Assembly: GCA_964360585.1 (NCBI GenBank)
Contig: CAYHXC010000004.1
Span: 15,366-79,365, forward strand
Origin: an uncultured Candidatus Saccharibacteria bacterium
GTDB lineage: Bacteria > Patescibacteriota > Minisyncoccia > UBA6257 > 2-01-FULL-56-20
Length of the DNA stretch: 64,000 nt
Direction of reading: 5' to 3'
Under the pieces are notes generated by a model that worked only from the letters and a program-made list of their open reading frames with translations, ran no database searches and was not told the origin of the DNA. How positions within the stretch are numbered: position 1 is the first letter of the stretch; each line of letters begins with the position of its first letter. This document shows positions 47,455 through 58,166 of the stretch, piece by piece. A program made the translations under genes and the position numbers.

Positions 47455-48576
47455 TTACTTCTTCAATTTCAAAGCAATACGTTTCTCTTCGGGTTTTACT
47501 GAATCAATAACGAAGGAGTGCTTCTCGTCTAAGACCAATTTCTTTTTCATGTCTTCGATACTGCCAAACTCAGAGACGTGGATCATGCCCTGGAGGCCAT
47601 GGTTCAAATTGATGATGGCGCCGAACTGGTTGAACTGATAAACCGAACCGGAAACATCCTCTCCAGCTTTGAACAGCTCACCGGCATTTTTCCACGGATC
47701 ATCCTGCAAGGCTTTCAAGGACAAGAAGAGGCGATCTTCCTTAATATCAATAATTTTTGCTTCGGCCACTTCGCCCACCTGGATAACTTCCTTCGGGTTG
47801 GCGACGATGCGGTAGCTCAACTCTGAGATGTGGATTAAGCCTTCAACTTGTGGATTGTCGACGAAGCGAACAAAGACACCGAAATTGGCGAGGCTCGTCA
47901 CTAACACTTTCACGAGCTGGCCAACGGTGTACTGGGAGACGAGCTCCTTCACGTTCGAAGCTAACGTTTCGCGCTCGGAGATAATCAATTTGTTCAAGCG
48001 GGGATTGATGTCGATGATTTTCACACTCAACTCCTGGCCGATAAATTTCTTCAGCTCCTCTCCAATTTTTTGTTTATCACCATCGTCAACTTTCGGGTAG
48101 TTTTCCTGCGAGAGCTGGGAGACAGGGAGGAAGGCCTTCAGATCGAAGAGGTCGGCGGTCAGTCCTCCAGTATTCGAACCGCTCACTTTTACCTTGAGAA
48201 CCACACCTTCGTCCTGCGCATCCTTCACTTTTTGCCAGAGTTGCTGCTTGCCGGCTTCGGTCAGGGAGATTTCGATATAGCCAGCTTTGTTTTCCAAAGA
48301 GATAATCTTGGCCGGCAGTTTTTCGCCAGGGGCCATTTTCTTCAGAAGCTCGCGGGCGTTGGCCATCTCCACACCGGAGACGATACCGGTACCAAAGCGG
48401 CCAAGGTCAAAAAACACGCCACGGGAGTTCTTACTCATGAGTTCAGCATCAACTACGTCGCCTTCCTTTATATACTTCACCGTCTGGAGCTGATTCTTCA
48501 AAACCTGCGACAGGGTCTGAGGCAGGTTCTTGCTCTCATCGGTCACTTCGTTCGTTTTTATTTCGTCGGTTTTCAT
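47455..48576 (-). CDS. rpsA: 30S ribosomal protein S1 (four S1 domains)
   Basis: repeated S1 OB-fold motifs (GDVVDAELMS..., GQLVKVLV..., GEVAEAKIID...); 373 aa. Confidence 0.75.
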   Translation of the reverse strand: MKTDEIKTNEVTDESKNLPQTLSQVLKNQLQTVKYIKEGDVVDAELMSKNSRGVFFDLGRFGTGIVSGVEMANARELLKKMAPGEKLPAKIISLENKAGYIEISLTEAGKQQLWQKVKDAQDEGVVLKVKVSGSNTGGLTADLFDLKAFLPVSQLSQENYPKVDDGDKQKIGEELKKFIGQELSVKIIDINPRLNKLIISERETLASNVKELVSQYTVGQLVKVLVTSLANFGVFVRFVDNPQVEGLIHISELSYRIVANPKEVIQVGEVAEAKIIDIKEDRLFLSLKALQDDPWKNAGELFKAGEDVSGSVYQFNQFGAIINLNHGLQGMIHVSEFGSIEDMKKKLVLDEKHSFVIDSVKPEEKRIALKLKK

Positions 48577-48718
48577 ATCGGATAATAGAAATGAGACTGT
48601 CTTGATCTAGTCTCTGTGCTTTACATTAATAATGTATCTTAAATTCAAGATTTTAAGATGCGTTCCAGTATAGGGGACCCCCTTCGGGAAAGCAAGGGTT
48701 CGTTGTAGCTAGTAAAAA

Positions 48719-49960
48719 AGGTTACCGTAATCACCTCGGGTAGATAGTAATTCGGTTACCGTAGTCTCTATGACTATGACAACCAAGAAAAACATACTGC
48801 GAGAACACCTGGCTACGTGGCTGGCAGCCAGAGGAGACAAGAAGAAAAGAGGCGAACTACTGAAGCATATCTGCTTTGTAACCGGGATCAGTCCCAAGTC
48901 AGTACCTCGCTCCTTCCGGCGAGTCCAGCTCCATGATCCTGGGGTCGGTGAGCACCGGGGAAGAAAGACCTACTACACCCCCGATGTCATCCTGGCACTT
49001 CGGGATGTCTCGGAGGTAGCGAACCATCCCTGCGGAGAGAATCTTCATGCCCTGATCGGAGAGTATGTCCGCGTGATGATCCGGGACAAGCACTGGCGTC
49101 ATGATCCGGAGGTAACCAGAAAACTGCTTGAGATGAGCGAGGGAACGGTCAAGGTATATGCTGGTCGGTTTGTCCATCTCCGACAGATGATCCGAGGCAA
49201 GAGCCTAACTAAGGCAGGCAGTATCCGCTCGGCTATCCCTATCCGGATGGGCCCGTGGGAGAGAGCGGGAGTGGGAACGCTACAGGTTGATACGGTAGCC
49301 CACTGTGGGGATACTGTATCCGGAGACTTTGTCTATACCGTAAACGCCACGGATGTCCCCACTCTCTGGGGTGAGCGTCGAAGTCAGTGGCAGAAGGGAC
49401 AGGAAGCCACCGTGAGAAGTATGACAATAATCAACGACCGTGTTCCCTTTCCTGTCATCGAGTGGCATCCTGACTCAGGGAGTGAGTTCGTAAACTGGCA
49501 CTCTAAAGCTTGGTGCGAAGCGCGGGGACAGAAGCTGACTCGGTCTCGGCCAAACCATAAGAACGACAACTGCTATGTAGAAGAGCGCAATGGCCATGTG
49601 GTCCGGAAGTATGTGGGGTATACCCGGCTTGATGTGCGAGAGGTGGTTCTCATTCTGAACCAGTGCTACGATGTCCTCACTCCCTACCTCAACCACTTCA
49701 TTCCCTCACGCCGAATTATAAAAAAGGAACGAGTCGGGGCTCGCTGGAAGATTACGCGAGAGAAGAAGTCCTTGACGCCCTATGCCCGAATGCTTCTTCG
49801 CGCTGATGTGTCGCTCGAGATCAAACACCGATTGCGAGAGGAGCACGAGCGGTTGAATCCGCTCGTGCTGAAGCAGGAGATTGACCGACGACTTGCGAGG
49901 GTGTTTGATGTATGTAAACGCTACGGCAAACCGAAACTACCAGGGGGATTACGGTAACCG
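48719..49960. mobile_element. insertion sequence (DDE transposase, rve/integrase-core type)
   Basis: 13-bp terminal inverted repeats GGTTACCGTAATC (48719-48731) and GATTACGGTAACC (49948-49960); transposase stop codon lies inside the right IR; GC-rich. Confidence 0.65.
48770..49957 (+). CDS. DDE transposase (integrase catalytic core)
   Basis: N-terminal HTH, DDE triad within LQVDTVAHCG / HPDSGSEFVN / YVEERNGHV. Confidence 0.75.
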   Translation: MTMTTKKNILREHLATWLAARGDKKKRGELLKHICFVTGISPKSVPRSFRRVQLHDPGVGEHRGRKTYYTPDVILALRDVSEVANHPCGENLHALIGEYVRVMIRDKHWRHDPEVTRKLLEMSEGTVKVYAGRFVHLRQMIRGKSLTKAGSIRSAIPIRMGPWERAGVGTLQVDTVAHCGDTVSGDFVYTVNATDVPTLWGERRSQWQKGQEATVRSMTIINDRVPFPVIEWHPDSGSEFVNWHSKAWCEARGQKLTRSRPNHKNDNCYVEERNGHVVRKYVGYTRLDVREVVLILNQCYDVLTPYLNHFIPSRRIIKKERVGARWKITREKKSLTPYARMLLRADVSLEIKHRLREEHERLNPLVLKQEIDRRLARVFDVCKRYGKPKLPGGLR

Positions 49961-50012
49961 TTTATTTCTATCTACTGCGGGGTTTATGAATACGAAATAA
50001 AAAAAGCAGAAG

Positions 50013-50225
50013 TTATTCCTCCTGCCTTCCGAGAATTATTTTAGCGAGTAGCCGCTCGGTTGCGTCGCCGGTACGGGTTTTCTCATCCAGAAAATCGTGG
50101 ATTCCGATGAGTCGTCTCACTACTTCTGCAACAGGAATTTTCAGCTGAGTTGCGATTTCTTGCAGGCGTTGTTTAGCCAGCGGTGTTAATTCAGTTGGCT
50201 TGTCGGCCATTTCTATTCCTCCCAC
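50013..50225 (-). CDS. small hypothetical protein
   Basis: 70 aa ORF next to the IS element. Confidence 0.3.
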   Translation of the reverse strand: MGGIEMADKPTELTPLAKQRLQEIATQLKIPVAEVVRRLIGIHDFLDEKTRTGDATERLLAKIILGRQEE

Positions 50226-50293
50226 CCGTTTGTTCTAGTAGTTTTATACCGTACATACGATCTTCGGTCAACCCAATTAATGACTAAAATGGG

Positions 50294-50893
50294 TTGAAAA
50301 TCGATCCGGTTTCGAGTACACTCTTAGGCGTGATAATTACCTATTTTGGCGACCAGTGCTTCCGGGTGGAGAGCGGTTCGACCAGCATTTTAGTGGATCC
50401 CACGAGTAATCGCCTGAAGGGCGACATCATTTTGCGGACCTCGGTTTCGCCTAATGAGATACCAGCCGAGAAGGCGGAGATAACCTTTGCCGGCGAGTAC
50501 GAGATTGGCGGGATTGAGATCCAGGGCTGGCAGTTGGAACAATCAAACGCCAAGCATTTGGCGACCGTTTACGCGGTGACCTGGGAAGGCATTCGGTTAG
50601 TTTTTTTGGATAGCGCCAAAGGGCCTATTCCCACGGAAATTCTTGACCAGTTTGGCGAAGTGGATGTTTTATTTGTGCCGACTGGCGGTGATTTTCTTTC
50701 AGTTGAGGACGCCGTTGCGCTTACCAAAAAAATCGAACCGAAATTTATTATTCCCTATGGACCGAAAGCGGGGAGTGACTTTTTGAAAAAAATTGGACAG
50801 TCAGCTGAGCCACAGGAGAAGATTGTGTTTAAGAAAAAAGAGTTGGAAGCAGTTGATCAAAAAGTTGTGCTCTTAGCCCCGTATAATTCATAA
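50294..50893 (+). CDS. MBL-fold metal-dependent hydrolase (UPF0173-like)
   Basis: ITYFGDQCFRVESGSTSILVDP resembles MKITWLGHS...ILIDP N-terminus; VLFVPTGG. Confidence 0.55.
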   Translation: MKIDPVSSTLLGVIITYFGDQCFRVESGSTSILVDPTSNRLKGDIILRTSVSPNEIPAEKAEITFAGEYEIGGIEIQGWQLEQSNAKHLATVYAVTWEGIRLVFLDSAKGPIPTEILDQFGEVDVLFVPTGGDFLSVEDAVALTKKIEPKFIIPYGPKAGSDFLKKIGQSAEPQEKIVFKKKELEAVDQKVVLLAPYNS

Positions 50894-50896
50894 ACT

Positions 50897-51241
50897 ATGT
50901 CGCCCTTGGGACAATCATTTCTTCATAAGCTCCAGGATTCCGATCACGGTCGCAAGCGGTATATTTTGATTCTGGGGAGTGGATGTACCATGATCGTTAT
51001 TTTGGGAATTTTGTTTTCAACAACATCGCTTTTTCGAGTGGCAGGTGAAAAGCAAACAGCATTAGTTCGTCCGGATTTTTCTCTCTGGAAAAGCATGAAA
51101 GGAGCAAGTATAGTGATAGCCCAATCAGCTGTTGAGCGAGTGAGTTCAGCGGGCAGTGTTTTTAGCCAGAAGAAAAATATTGTTATAAAGCCAACCAATG
51201 AAATCCGAAATTCGAATATCGAAATCCGAAACAATGATTAA
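50897..51241 (+). CDS. hypothetical small membrane protein
   Basis: 114 aa; last 13 codons lie in MITE-like repeat copy 3. Confidence 0.3.
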   Translation: MSPLGQSFLHKLQDSDHGRKRYILILGSGCTMIVILGILFSTTSLFRVAGEKQTALVRPDFSLWKSMKGASIVIAQSAVERVSSAGSVFSQKKNIVIKPTNEIRNSNIEIRNND

Positions 51242-51247
51242 TTTCCT
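51202..51247. repeat. MITE-like TCGAAA-rich element, partial copy 3
   Basis: AAATCCGAAATTCGAATATCGAAATCCGAAACAATGA. Confidence 0.5.
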
Positions 51248-51292
51248 AATTTCAAATTTAGCAGTCCCAGTTTTTAGTTATTAGTTATTATT

Positions 51293-53734
51293 ATGTCCAA
51301 GATTGAAAGACGGGAAATAACTGATGAGCTGAAGGAGTCCTACCTCAATTATTCGATGTCGGTTATCGTGACGCGCGCCTTGCCGGACGTGCGTGACGGT
51401 TTGAAGCCGGTGCATCGTCGCATTTTGTGGGACATGTGGGACAGCGGTTTGACGTTCCAAGCAAAGACCAGAAAGTCCGCGAACATCGTTGGTCAGGTTT
51501 TGGGACGTTACCATCCGCATGGCGACTCTTCGGTCTACGACGCCATGGTACGTATGGCCCAGGATTTCTCGCTCCGCTATCCATTAGTGCACGGCCAGGG
51601 AAACTTCGGTTCGATTGATGGTGATGGCGCGGCGGCCTATCGATATACCGAAACAAAACTTTCAAAGATTGCCGGTGAAATTTTAACCGATATTGATAAA
51701 GAAACCGTTGATTGGCGGCCGAACTACGATGGCACGCGCGACGAGCCAACGGTTTTACCCGGGCGTCTTCCCAATCTTCTTTTAAACGGCAGTGTTGGTA
51801 TTGCTGTGGGTATGGCTACGAACATTCCGCCGCACAACCTGGGCGAAGTGTGCGATGCCACGCTCCACTTGGCTGATAATCCGGAAGCGAGCGGCGAAGA
51901 GCTGATGAAGTTTGTACAAGGCCCGGACTTTCCAACCGGCGGTATTATTTTTGATAAAAAAGTTATTCGCGAAGCGTACTTAACCGGTCGCGGCGGTATT
52001 ACCACGCGGGCTAAGGCCGAGATCGAAGAACGAAAAGGGAAAGGCTTCGATATTATCATCACGGAAATTCCGTATCAGGTGAACAAGTCTGATCTGATTC
52101 AGAAAATGGCTGCGCTTGTGACCGAGAAAAAAATTGAAGGTGTTCGCGATTTGCGCGATGAGTCCGACAAAGACGGTTTGCGAATTGTGGTGGAACTCAA
52201 GAATGACGCGCCGCCGCAGAAAATTTTAAACCAGCTCTATCAGCATACCGACCTTCAAAAAGATTTCCATTTGAATATGATTGCTCTCCAGAAGGGAATT
52301 GAGCCGCGAGTTTTCTCTTTGAAGGAGATTCTCGAGGCCTACCTGGAGCACCGGAAGGAGGTGGTCAAGCGCCGAACACAGTTTGATCTCCGTAAAGCCG
52401 AGGAGCGGGCGCATATATTGGAAGGTTTGGCCAAGGCGCTGAGTTCGATCGATAAGGTGATTGCTTTGATTCGCAAGTCGAAAGACCGCGACGAAGCTTT
52501 TCAGGGTTTGAAGAAAACATTCAAGTTTTCTGATATTCAGGCCAATGCCATTTTGGAAATTCGACTACACACCCTGGCTCGTCTTGAGCGAGAGAAAATT
52601 GAGGAGGAGTTGAAGGAGAAGCGCGATTTGATCAAAGAATTGAATTTAATTTTGAAGAGTCCGGCCAGGATTTTGAAAATTATTAAAGACGAGCTGGCGG
52701 ACATCAAAGGAAAGTATGGCGACGAGCGCCGAACAAAGGTGGTGGCGGGCGGACTCTCGGCCTTCAACGAAGAGGATCTTATTCCAGAAGAGCAGACGAT
52801 TATTACGCTTTCATCGGGTGGATATATTAAGCGTGTGCCACCGGATACGTTTAAGGCCCAGCGTCGCGGCGGCAAAGGCTTGATTGGTTCTGATGTGGCC
52901 GACGAAGATTTTCTGTCGCATTTTGTTACGGCCAGCACGCACGCTTACATTTTATTCTTTACCGATCGCGGCCGCGTGTTCCAAACGAAGGTCTACGATA
53001 TTCCCGTTGGCAGTCGCATTTCGAAGGGGCGAGCCATCCATAATTTTCTGGAACTGTCATCGGACGAAAAAGTGAGCGCCATCGTGACCTATCGAGGAGG
53101 AAATGGAAAACAAACGGACGACGATCCGAAATATCTGGTTATGGCCACGAAGAGCGGTCTCATTAAACGAACGATGCTTGAGGATTTCAAAAATATTCGC
53201 CGCACCGGCATTATCGCGATCTCGCTCCAGAAGGGAGACGCGTTGCGGTGGGTTCGTTCATCCTGCGGCACGGACGAGGTGATTATGGTGACCGGTCAGG
53301 GACAGTCCATTCGATTTAAAGAGAATCAGGTTCGTTCGATGGGACGAACAGCCGCCGGTGTGCGCGGTATCCGCTTGAAGAGCAAGGACGAGGTGGTTGG
53401 TTTTGACATTATCGCGGGCGCGAAAGGAAAATCTGAAGGAAATTTCTTGGTGGTCATGGAGCATGGTTTTGCGAAACAAACACCAATCTCCGATTACCGA
53501 CTCCAGAATCGCGGCGGCGGCGGAATTAAGACGGCCAAGATCACGCCAAAAACTGGCGCGCTCGTCGCCGGTCAGATTGTGGGAAATGCCACAGAACTTT
53601 TAGCGCTCTCGAAGCAAGGACAGATTATTCGAACACCGCTCGAAGGAGTGCGAACGGCCAGTCGGGGAACACAGGGGGTGCGGATTATGAATGTAGGTGA
53701 AAAAGACCGTGTCGCCGGCATAGTATTGATTTAG
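51293..53734 (+). CDS. gyrA: DNA gyrase subunit A
   Basis: active-site AAAMRYTE-equivalent (AAAYRYTE), HPHGD, GyrA box QRRGGKG, C-terminal beta-pinwheel repeats. Confidence 0.9.
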   Translation: MSKIERREITDELKESYLNYSMSVIVTRALPDVRDGLKPVHRRILWDMWDSGLTFQAKTRKSANIVGQVLGRYHPHGDSSVYDAMVRMAQDFSLRYPLVHGQGNFGSIDGDGAAAYRYTETKLSKIAGEILTDIDKETVDWRPNYDGTRDEPTVLPGRLPNLLLNGSVGIAVGMATNIPPHNLGEVCDATLHLADNPEASGEELMKFVQGPDFPTGGIIFDKKVIREAYLTGRGGITTRAKAEIEERKGKGFDIIITEIPYQVNKSDLIQKMAALVTEKKIEGVRDLRDESDKDGLRIVVELKNDAPPQKILNQLYQHTDLQKDFHLNMIALQKGIEPRVFSLKEILEAYLEHRKEVVKRRTQFDLRKAEERAHILEGLAKALSSIDKVIALIRKSKDRDEAFQGLKKTFKFSDIQANAILEIRLHTLARLEREKIEEELKEKRDLIKELNLILKSPARILKIIKDELADIKGKYGDERRTKVVAGGLSAFNEEDLIPEEQTIITLSSGGYIKRVPPDTFKAQRRGGKGLIGSDVADEDFLSHFVTASTHAYILFFTDRGRVFQTKVYDIPVGSRISKGRAIHNFLELSSDEKVSAIVTYRGGNGKQTDDDPKYLVMATKSGLIKRTMLEDFKNIRRTGIIAISLQKGDALRWVRSSCGTDEVIMVTGQGQSIRFKENQVRSMGRTAAGVRGIRLKSKDEVVGFDIIAGAKGKSEGNFLVVMEHGFAKQTPISDYRLQNRGGGGIKTAKITPKTGALVAGQIVGNATELLALSKQGQIIRTPLEGVRTASRGTQGVRIMNVGEKDRVAGIVLI

Positions 53735-53935
53735 CTTTCGTTACAAACTTCGATCTACTGCGTTACGGCCTCCGTTCCGTTCTCAACGTACCATCAAAGT
53801 ACGTCTCGATACGGTACTCGGCCAAGCCTTGTAGCTCATTGTTTGTAAGCGAAAGTAGTTTTCTTTGTTTCTATAAGTTGGTACCGCTCGGTTGCGATGC
53901 TCGATCAAGCCTTGCTCTTCACTCTTTTCCCTTTC
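53735..53935. repeat. 'tctactgcgttac...gttgcgatgct' repeat family, two tandem partial copies after gyrA
   Basis: matches 36268-36362 after polA. Confidence 0.5.
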
Positions 53936-54044
53936 AAATTTTATTGGTCTTTTGTGGGTTCGCACGCTATCGTTTTTAGCGTAAATTGGATCATTTGTTA
54001 TCAGTTTTTAGTTACACGTTTTTGGTTTATACTATAGAGGAACC

Positions 54045-55331
54045 ATGCAACTCTCTCAAAGACAGATTCTTTTTATCGGCATCGTTGTTGTTGCGATCGG
54101 GGCCACTGTCTTTTTTATCTTTTCCAGCTTGAAATCAGGATCGAGTGGCGGGATTGATGATCTGCAGACTCAAAAAAGCAAAAAGCTTTCTGTTTGGGGC
54201 ATTGATGATCCGAGGGCCTTTGCTACGATAAAGAAAAATTTTGAGGGGATAAATAAAACAGTTGTCGTGAACTACTCCCAGATTGACGAGAGTATCATCC
54301 AGGATCAGCTCGTGAACGCTCTTGCTTTGAACCAGGGACCCGATGTGGTCATGATAAAAAATAGGACGCTCGCGGCCAAGAAAAGTTTATTTTTACCGGC
54401 GCCGGCCGCCAAGATGAGTTTTTCAAAACTGCAAAGTCTTTTTCCGACTGTTGTGGAGCAAGACTTTACGGACAAGACGCGACAGGTATACGCCCTGCCG
54501 CTTTCTATTGATACCCTCGCTCTGGTCTACAATAAAGATTTTTTCGATCAGGCGAGAATCATCACGCCGCCCAAAACCTGGAGCGATCTAATCGACATCA
54601 TCCCTAATCTTGTCGAGAAAGGGGATGGAGGTCGGATCGAACGGGCGGCAATCGGACTTGGCGGTTCAACGAAGTCAGTCACGAATGCCGGTGATATTTT
54701 GGCGCTTCTCTACATGCAGAATGGTGTGAACTTGTCTCTCGGGAAACTGGAGCGGAGTACAGTTGGACGGCGAGTCTTCGATTTCTATCTCCAGTTTTCA
54801 AATCCGCGATCGCTCTCCTACACCTGGAGCGATCTCCAGTTGAACGATATTGATAGTTTGGCCACTTTGCGATCAGCGATGGCGCTCATGTACGCCCGAC
54901 AGCTCGAGAATTTGAAAGTCCAAAGTCCGTATCTGCACTATGGCATTGCCGCTATGCCTCAGTTCGGCTCGGCAGTTGACTATGCTGACTACTGGGGTTT
55001 GGCCGTGACACGCGACAGTAAAAACGCGGCGATCGCCTGGGATTTTGTGACGTATGCGACGACGGTAAGTGAGAATGCCTTATCGTATATGAAAGCAACA
55101 AAGCAGCCGCCGGCCTTGCGGAATTTGCTCCAGAGTAACTATGACAGTCCGGAGTTTGGTGTTTTTGCCAAGCAGGCTTTGACGGCGCGCTCCTGGGCGG
55201 TTTTAAATGACGATGAGAGTCGAATAATTTTTTCAGATATGATAAGTTCCTATCTCACTGGCCAGATGGATCAGGATGCCGCTCTCGGTCGCGCCGAAAA
55301 TCTTTTGTCCAGAATTATTGTGAAAAAATAA
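54045..55331 (+). CDS. extracellular solute-binding protein (family 1-like), membrane anchored
   Basis: N-terminal TM, periplasmic-binding-protein type sequence; no adjacent permease. Confidence 0.55.
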   Translation: MQLSQRQILFIGIVVVAIGATVFFIFSSLKSGSSGGIDDLQTQKSKKLSVWGIDDPRAFATIKKNFEGINKTVVVNYSQIDESIIQDQLVNALALNQGPDVVMIKNRTLAAKKSLFLPAPAAKMSFSKLQSLFPTVVEQDFTDKTRQVYALPLSIDTLALVYNKDFFDQARIITPPKTWSDLIDIIPNLVEKGDGGRIERAAIGLGGSTKSVTNAGDILALLYMQNGVNLSLGKLERSTVGRRVFDFYLQFSNPRSLSYTWSDLQLNDIDSLATLRSAMALMYARQLENLKVQSPYLHYGIAAMPQFGSAVDYADYWGLAVTRDSKNAAIAWDFVTYATTVSENALSYMKATKQPPALRNLLQSNYDSPEFGVFAKQALTARSWAVLNDDESRIIFSDMISSYLTGQMDQDAALGRAENLLSRIIVKK

Positions 55332-55335
55332 GGAG

Positions 55336-55830
55336 ATGGTAAAAAAAATTCTTATCTTTTTTGGTTTACTGCTTCTCGTCGGAGTACCCTCGCTTCTTTT
55401 AGCGCAAAGTTCGGTGCCGACAGTTCAAAATGCCTGTACCGTCGAAACGCCAGGTTTTCCGTACTGGGGAACAGGTCCTTCGCTTCTCCCCTGCGGAACG
55501 AATGGCGTAAACTGTCTCGAGTGCGGTTTGTGCGGCTTGCTGATGTTGGGGCAAAGGATCATCTACCTGATACTTTCCTTCCTGATTTTTATTATTGCGC
55601 CACTTCGGTTTATCTGGGGCGGCTTCCAGATTTTTATTTCCCGCGGCTCGTCAGAGATGGTGTCGCACGGCAAGAAGATAATTTACCAGACAGCGACCGC
55701 GCTCGTGATCGCCCTTCTGGCATTCGTGCTCATCCAGACGTTTTTGTGGCTTTTGGGAGGCGTGAACTTAACACAAGATCAGCGTCTTGGCTGGCCCAAC
55801 ATCAACTGTACGCGTAATCTCCGGCCATGA
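55336..55830 (+). CDS. T4SS-pilin-like (TrbC/VirB2-like) small membrane protein, paralog 1
   Basis: signal peptide, Cys-rich segment, two C-terminal TM helices with conserved A..K...Y motif. Confidence 0.5.
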   Translation: MVKKILIFFGLLLLVGVPSLLLAQSSVPTVQNACTVETPGFPYWGTGPSLLPCGTNGVNCLECGLCGLLMLGQRIIYLILSFLIFIIAPLRFIWGGFQIFISRGSSEMVSHGKKIIYQTATALVIALLAFVLIQTFLWLLGGVNLTQDQRLGWPNINCTRNLRP

Positions 55831-56297
55831 TTTCTTCTCTCATATCAGGTAAAATGAAAAAGATGAAGACAATAGTCGCCATCGCTCTCTTACTGTTATT
55901 CCTCACGCTACCACTTCCTTCTTTTGCTCAAGGAACTCCAAGTCTGGGAACAGGCACTCAAAGTCCTGGGACAGGTACTCAAACCCCCGGTATTCCCACT
56001 CCCAGTCCCGCCTTACCACTTCCCAATCTTCTCAACTGCCCCCCTCCTACCGGCCCAAATACTCCGCCGTGCTTTCTCCAGATTTTCCAGGATGTAATCG
56101 GCCGACTGCTCCTTGTTATCTATCCGCTTCTGGCCGGGATGGTATTCTATGGCGGCATGCAGATGATGTTCGCGCGGGGAAATACGGAAAAGTATAAGGC
56201 TGGTCTCAAAACCATCCAGTATGCGGTCATTGGATTTGTCGTTATAGTGCTCTCTCAAGGGCTTGGCCTTATCATAAAAAGTATCCTTGGTCTCTAG
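55827..56297 (+). CDS. T4SS-pilin-like protein, paralog 2
   Basis: signal peptide, Pro/Thr-rich linker, conserved C-terminal two-helix domain. Confidence 0.55.
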   Translation: MISSLISGKMKKMKTIVAIALLLLFLTLPLPSFAQGTPSLGTGTQSPGTGTQTPGIPTPSPALPLPNLLNCPPPTGPNTPPCFLQIFQDVIGRLLLVIYPLLAGMVFYGGMQMMFARGNTEKYKAGLKTIQYAVIGFVVIVLSQGLGLIIKSILGL

Positions 56298-56377
56298 GTT
56301 GCTATTTTGCCCGTCCCTATGGAGTGTGCTACAATAATCCAACATGGAAAGGTCGGTACATTAGTTACTGTAATGTT

Positions 56378-56761
56378 ATGAAGAATCATAAACTAATTTC
56401 CGGAGCTCTCACGTTAGTTACAGTTCTCGTTTCCCCAATGGCTGCGTTTGCTCTGCCGGAGGTGGAACCCATTGTGACCATCAATCCTGTTCCACCGCCG
56501 GAAAGTGATGCAGGTATCACAGATCTTAACGTTGTTCTCCAACTCCTTGTTAATCTCCTGGGCTATGTTCAGGCTTTGTTCTGGATTGCCGCGGTTTTCT
56601 TTGGTCTCTATGCTGCTTTTCTCTACCTCACCGCTCAAGGCGATGGTGAGAAGGTTTCAAAGGCCAACCATATGCTTATCTATGTTGTTGTGGCGGTAGT
56701 AGTGGCTGTTATTGCCTACTCCATTCCGCAGTTCGTCACTACGACGATCACCCAGCCGTAA
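56378..56761 (+). CDS. T4SS-pilin-like protein, paralog 3
   Basis: LLGYVQALFWIAAVFFGLYAAFLYLTAQGD...AYSIP; start verified at MKNHK. Confidence 0.6.
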   Translation: MKNHKLISGALTLVTVLVSPMAAFALPEVEPIVTINPVPPPESDAGITDLNVVLQLLVNLLGYVQALFWIAAVFFGLYAAFLYLTAQGDGEKVSKANHMLIYVVVAVVVAVIAYSIPQFVTTTITQP

Positions 56762-56782
56762 GTTTTTAGATACGTTCTTAAA

Positions 56783-56808
56783 AAGCCCCTTCGCGGGGCT
56801 TTTTTGGT
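56783..56808 (+). terminator. rho-independent terminator
   Basis: AGCCCCTTCGCGGGGCTTTTTT. Confidence 0.8.
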
Positions 56809-56924
56809 TGAGGCCCCCTCTTAAAAATCCTTTCTTTTTTCACGAAAGAGATTCTTGAGAGAGGTTCTTAAGGGGTGGGGAAAAGTCTTGTTCACGAGAA
56901 AACTTCGCGGTATAATCGCTAGTA

Positions 56925-57302
56925 ATGCAGATGCGCCAATTTCTCCTCGGAAGCCTCTTAATCCTTGCGACTTTGTTTTCTGTCATTCCTGTAGTCTTGG
57001 CCGTGCCCCCTGCCACACCTGGTACTGTTCCACCCTGCGTCGGTTGCCCTTTAACGAACGTGAGTCAGGTTGTGAGTTTGATAACTGGCATCGTAAATCA
57101 GATGCAGATTGTGTTCTGGACGGTGGCGGCTGGCTCGGGACTTTATGCCGCCTTTCTTTTTATTCGCGGCGGCAGTAATACCGAATCCTTGAAGCAGGCC
57201 AAGAATCAGATCCTCTACACCGTGATCGCGGTTATTTTAGGAGTGCTGGCTTATGGTATTCCGGGAATTGTGACTGATTTTCTGAAAAACGTACGCGGAT
57301 GA
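56925..57302 (+). CDS. T4SS-pilin-like protein, paralog 4
   Basis: VNQMQIVFWTVAAGSGLYAAFLFIRGG...AYGIPGIV. Confidence 0.6.
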   Translation: MQMRQFLLGSLLILATLFSVIPVVLAVPPATPGTVPPCVGCPLTNVSQVVSLITGIVNQMQIVFWTVAAGSGLYAAFLFIRGGSNTESLKQAKNQILYTVIAVILGVLAYGIPGIVTDFLKNVRG

Positions 57303-57652
57303 TTATACATTTCTTGAGTTCCATCGTAAGTAGGTTAACCGAGAAGGCTTATGCGTATCCGCGCTTCACCGGTCCGCCGGCAGATGCCGGAGGGGCGCCC
57401 ATCAAAACCGTAAACGAGGCTCTCGGCATCATTGTCGCGGTGATTGACTTGGCGCAAGTGGTGTTCTGGATTTTGGCCGCCGGTTTTGGTCTTTATGCCG
57501 CCTATCTCTATCTTTTCGCGCGGGGGGATAAAGAGTCAGTCACCACTGCTCGGCGGATGTTGGTGTATACCGCCGTCTCAATCTTAGTTGCCTTGATCGC
57601 CTACGGTATACCGTCAATTATCGTAAATTTCGTAAATCTTGGAACACCATGA
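57299..57652 (+). CDS. T4SS-pilin-like protein, paralog 5
   Basis: VIDLAQVVFWILAAGFGLYAAYLYLFARGD...AYGIPSII. Confidence 0.6.
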   Translation: MIIHFLSSIVSRLTEKAYAYPRFTGPPADAGGAPIKTVNEALGIIVAVIDLAQVVFWILAAGFGLYAAYLYLFARGDKESVTTARRMLVYTAVSILVALIAYGIPSIIVNFVNLGTP

Positions 57653-58161
57653 TCAAGGGCTACCAGTTTCGCGTGATTTTTTTCCTCGCCACTCTTCTCG
57701 GTGTGTTGCTCATTTTCTCGCCAGCGTTTGCGGCACAGTGGGAATGTCGGTCAACCGGTCTTTCATTCTCAGACGCGGGTTTCTGTCGCTCGCAGTGCGG
57801 CGGCGTGAGCTGTGTTTGTTCCGGGTCGGCTTCGGAGTGCGGTGGCGGTAATAATCCTTTTGCGACGGATCAAACACCGTATCCCCACACCGTTGTTCCG
57901 CCGAATCCCGGTCCGGTGAATGATGTTTTCACGATGCTTGGTGTTTTAACTTCAGTGATCGAGTTGGCCCAAATTATATTTTGGATTCTGACTGTTGGCT
58001 TCGGTCTCTATGGTTCCTATCTCTATCTTTTCGCGGCGGGCAATGCGGAGAAGGCAATACAAGCGAGAAAGGTATTTCTCTACGCCGTAATTGCTGGCGT
58101 GCTGGCTATACTTTCCTACAGTATTCCGGGAATCGTCGAAAGTTTTGTTTTAGGATACTAA
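57649..58161 (+). CDS. T4SS-pilin-like protein, paralog 6 (with Cys-rich N-domain)
   Basis: signal peptide, CRSTG...CGGVSCVCSG Cys-rich, then VIELAQIIFWILTVGFGLYGSYLYLFAAGN. Confidence 0.6.
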   Translation: MIKGYQFRVIFFLATLLGVLLIFSPAFAAQWECRSTGLSFSDAGFCRSQCGGVSCVCSGSASECGGGNNPFATDQTPYPHTVVPPNPGPVNDVFTMLGVLTSVIELAQIIFWILTVGFGLYGSYLYLFAAGNAEKAIQARKVFLYAVIAGVLAILSYSIPGIVESFVLGY

Positions 58162-58166
58162 ATCAT

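Noticed and set aside
48719-48775. Second GGTTACCGTAG copy at 48752-48762 as the true left IR
   Set aside because: It matches only 10 of 13 bp. The outer copy at 48719-48731 is an exact reverse complement of the right end.
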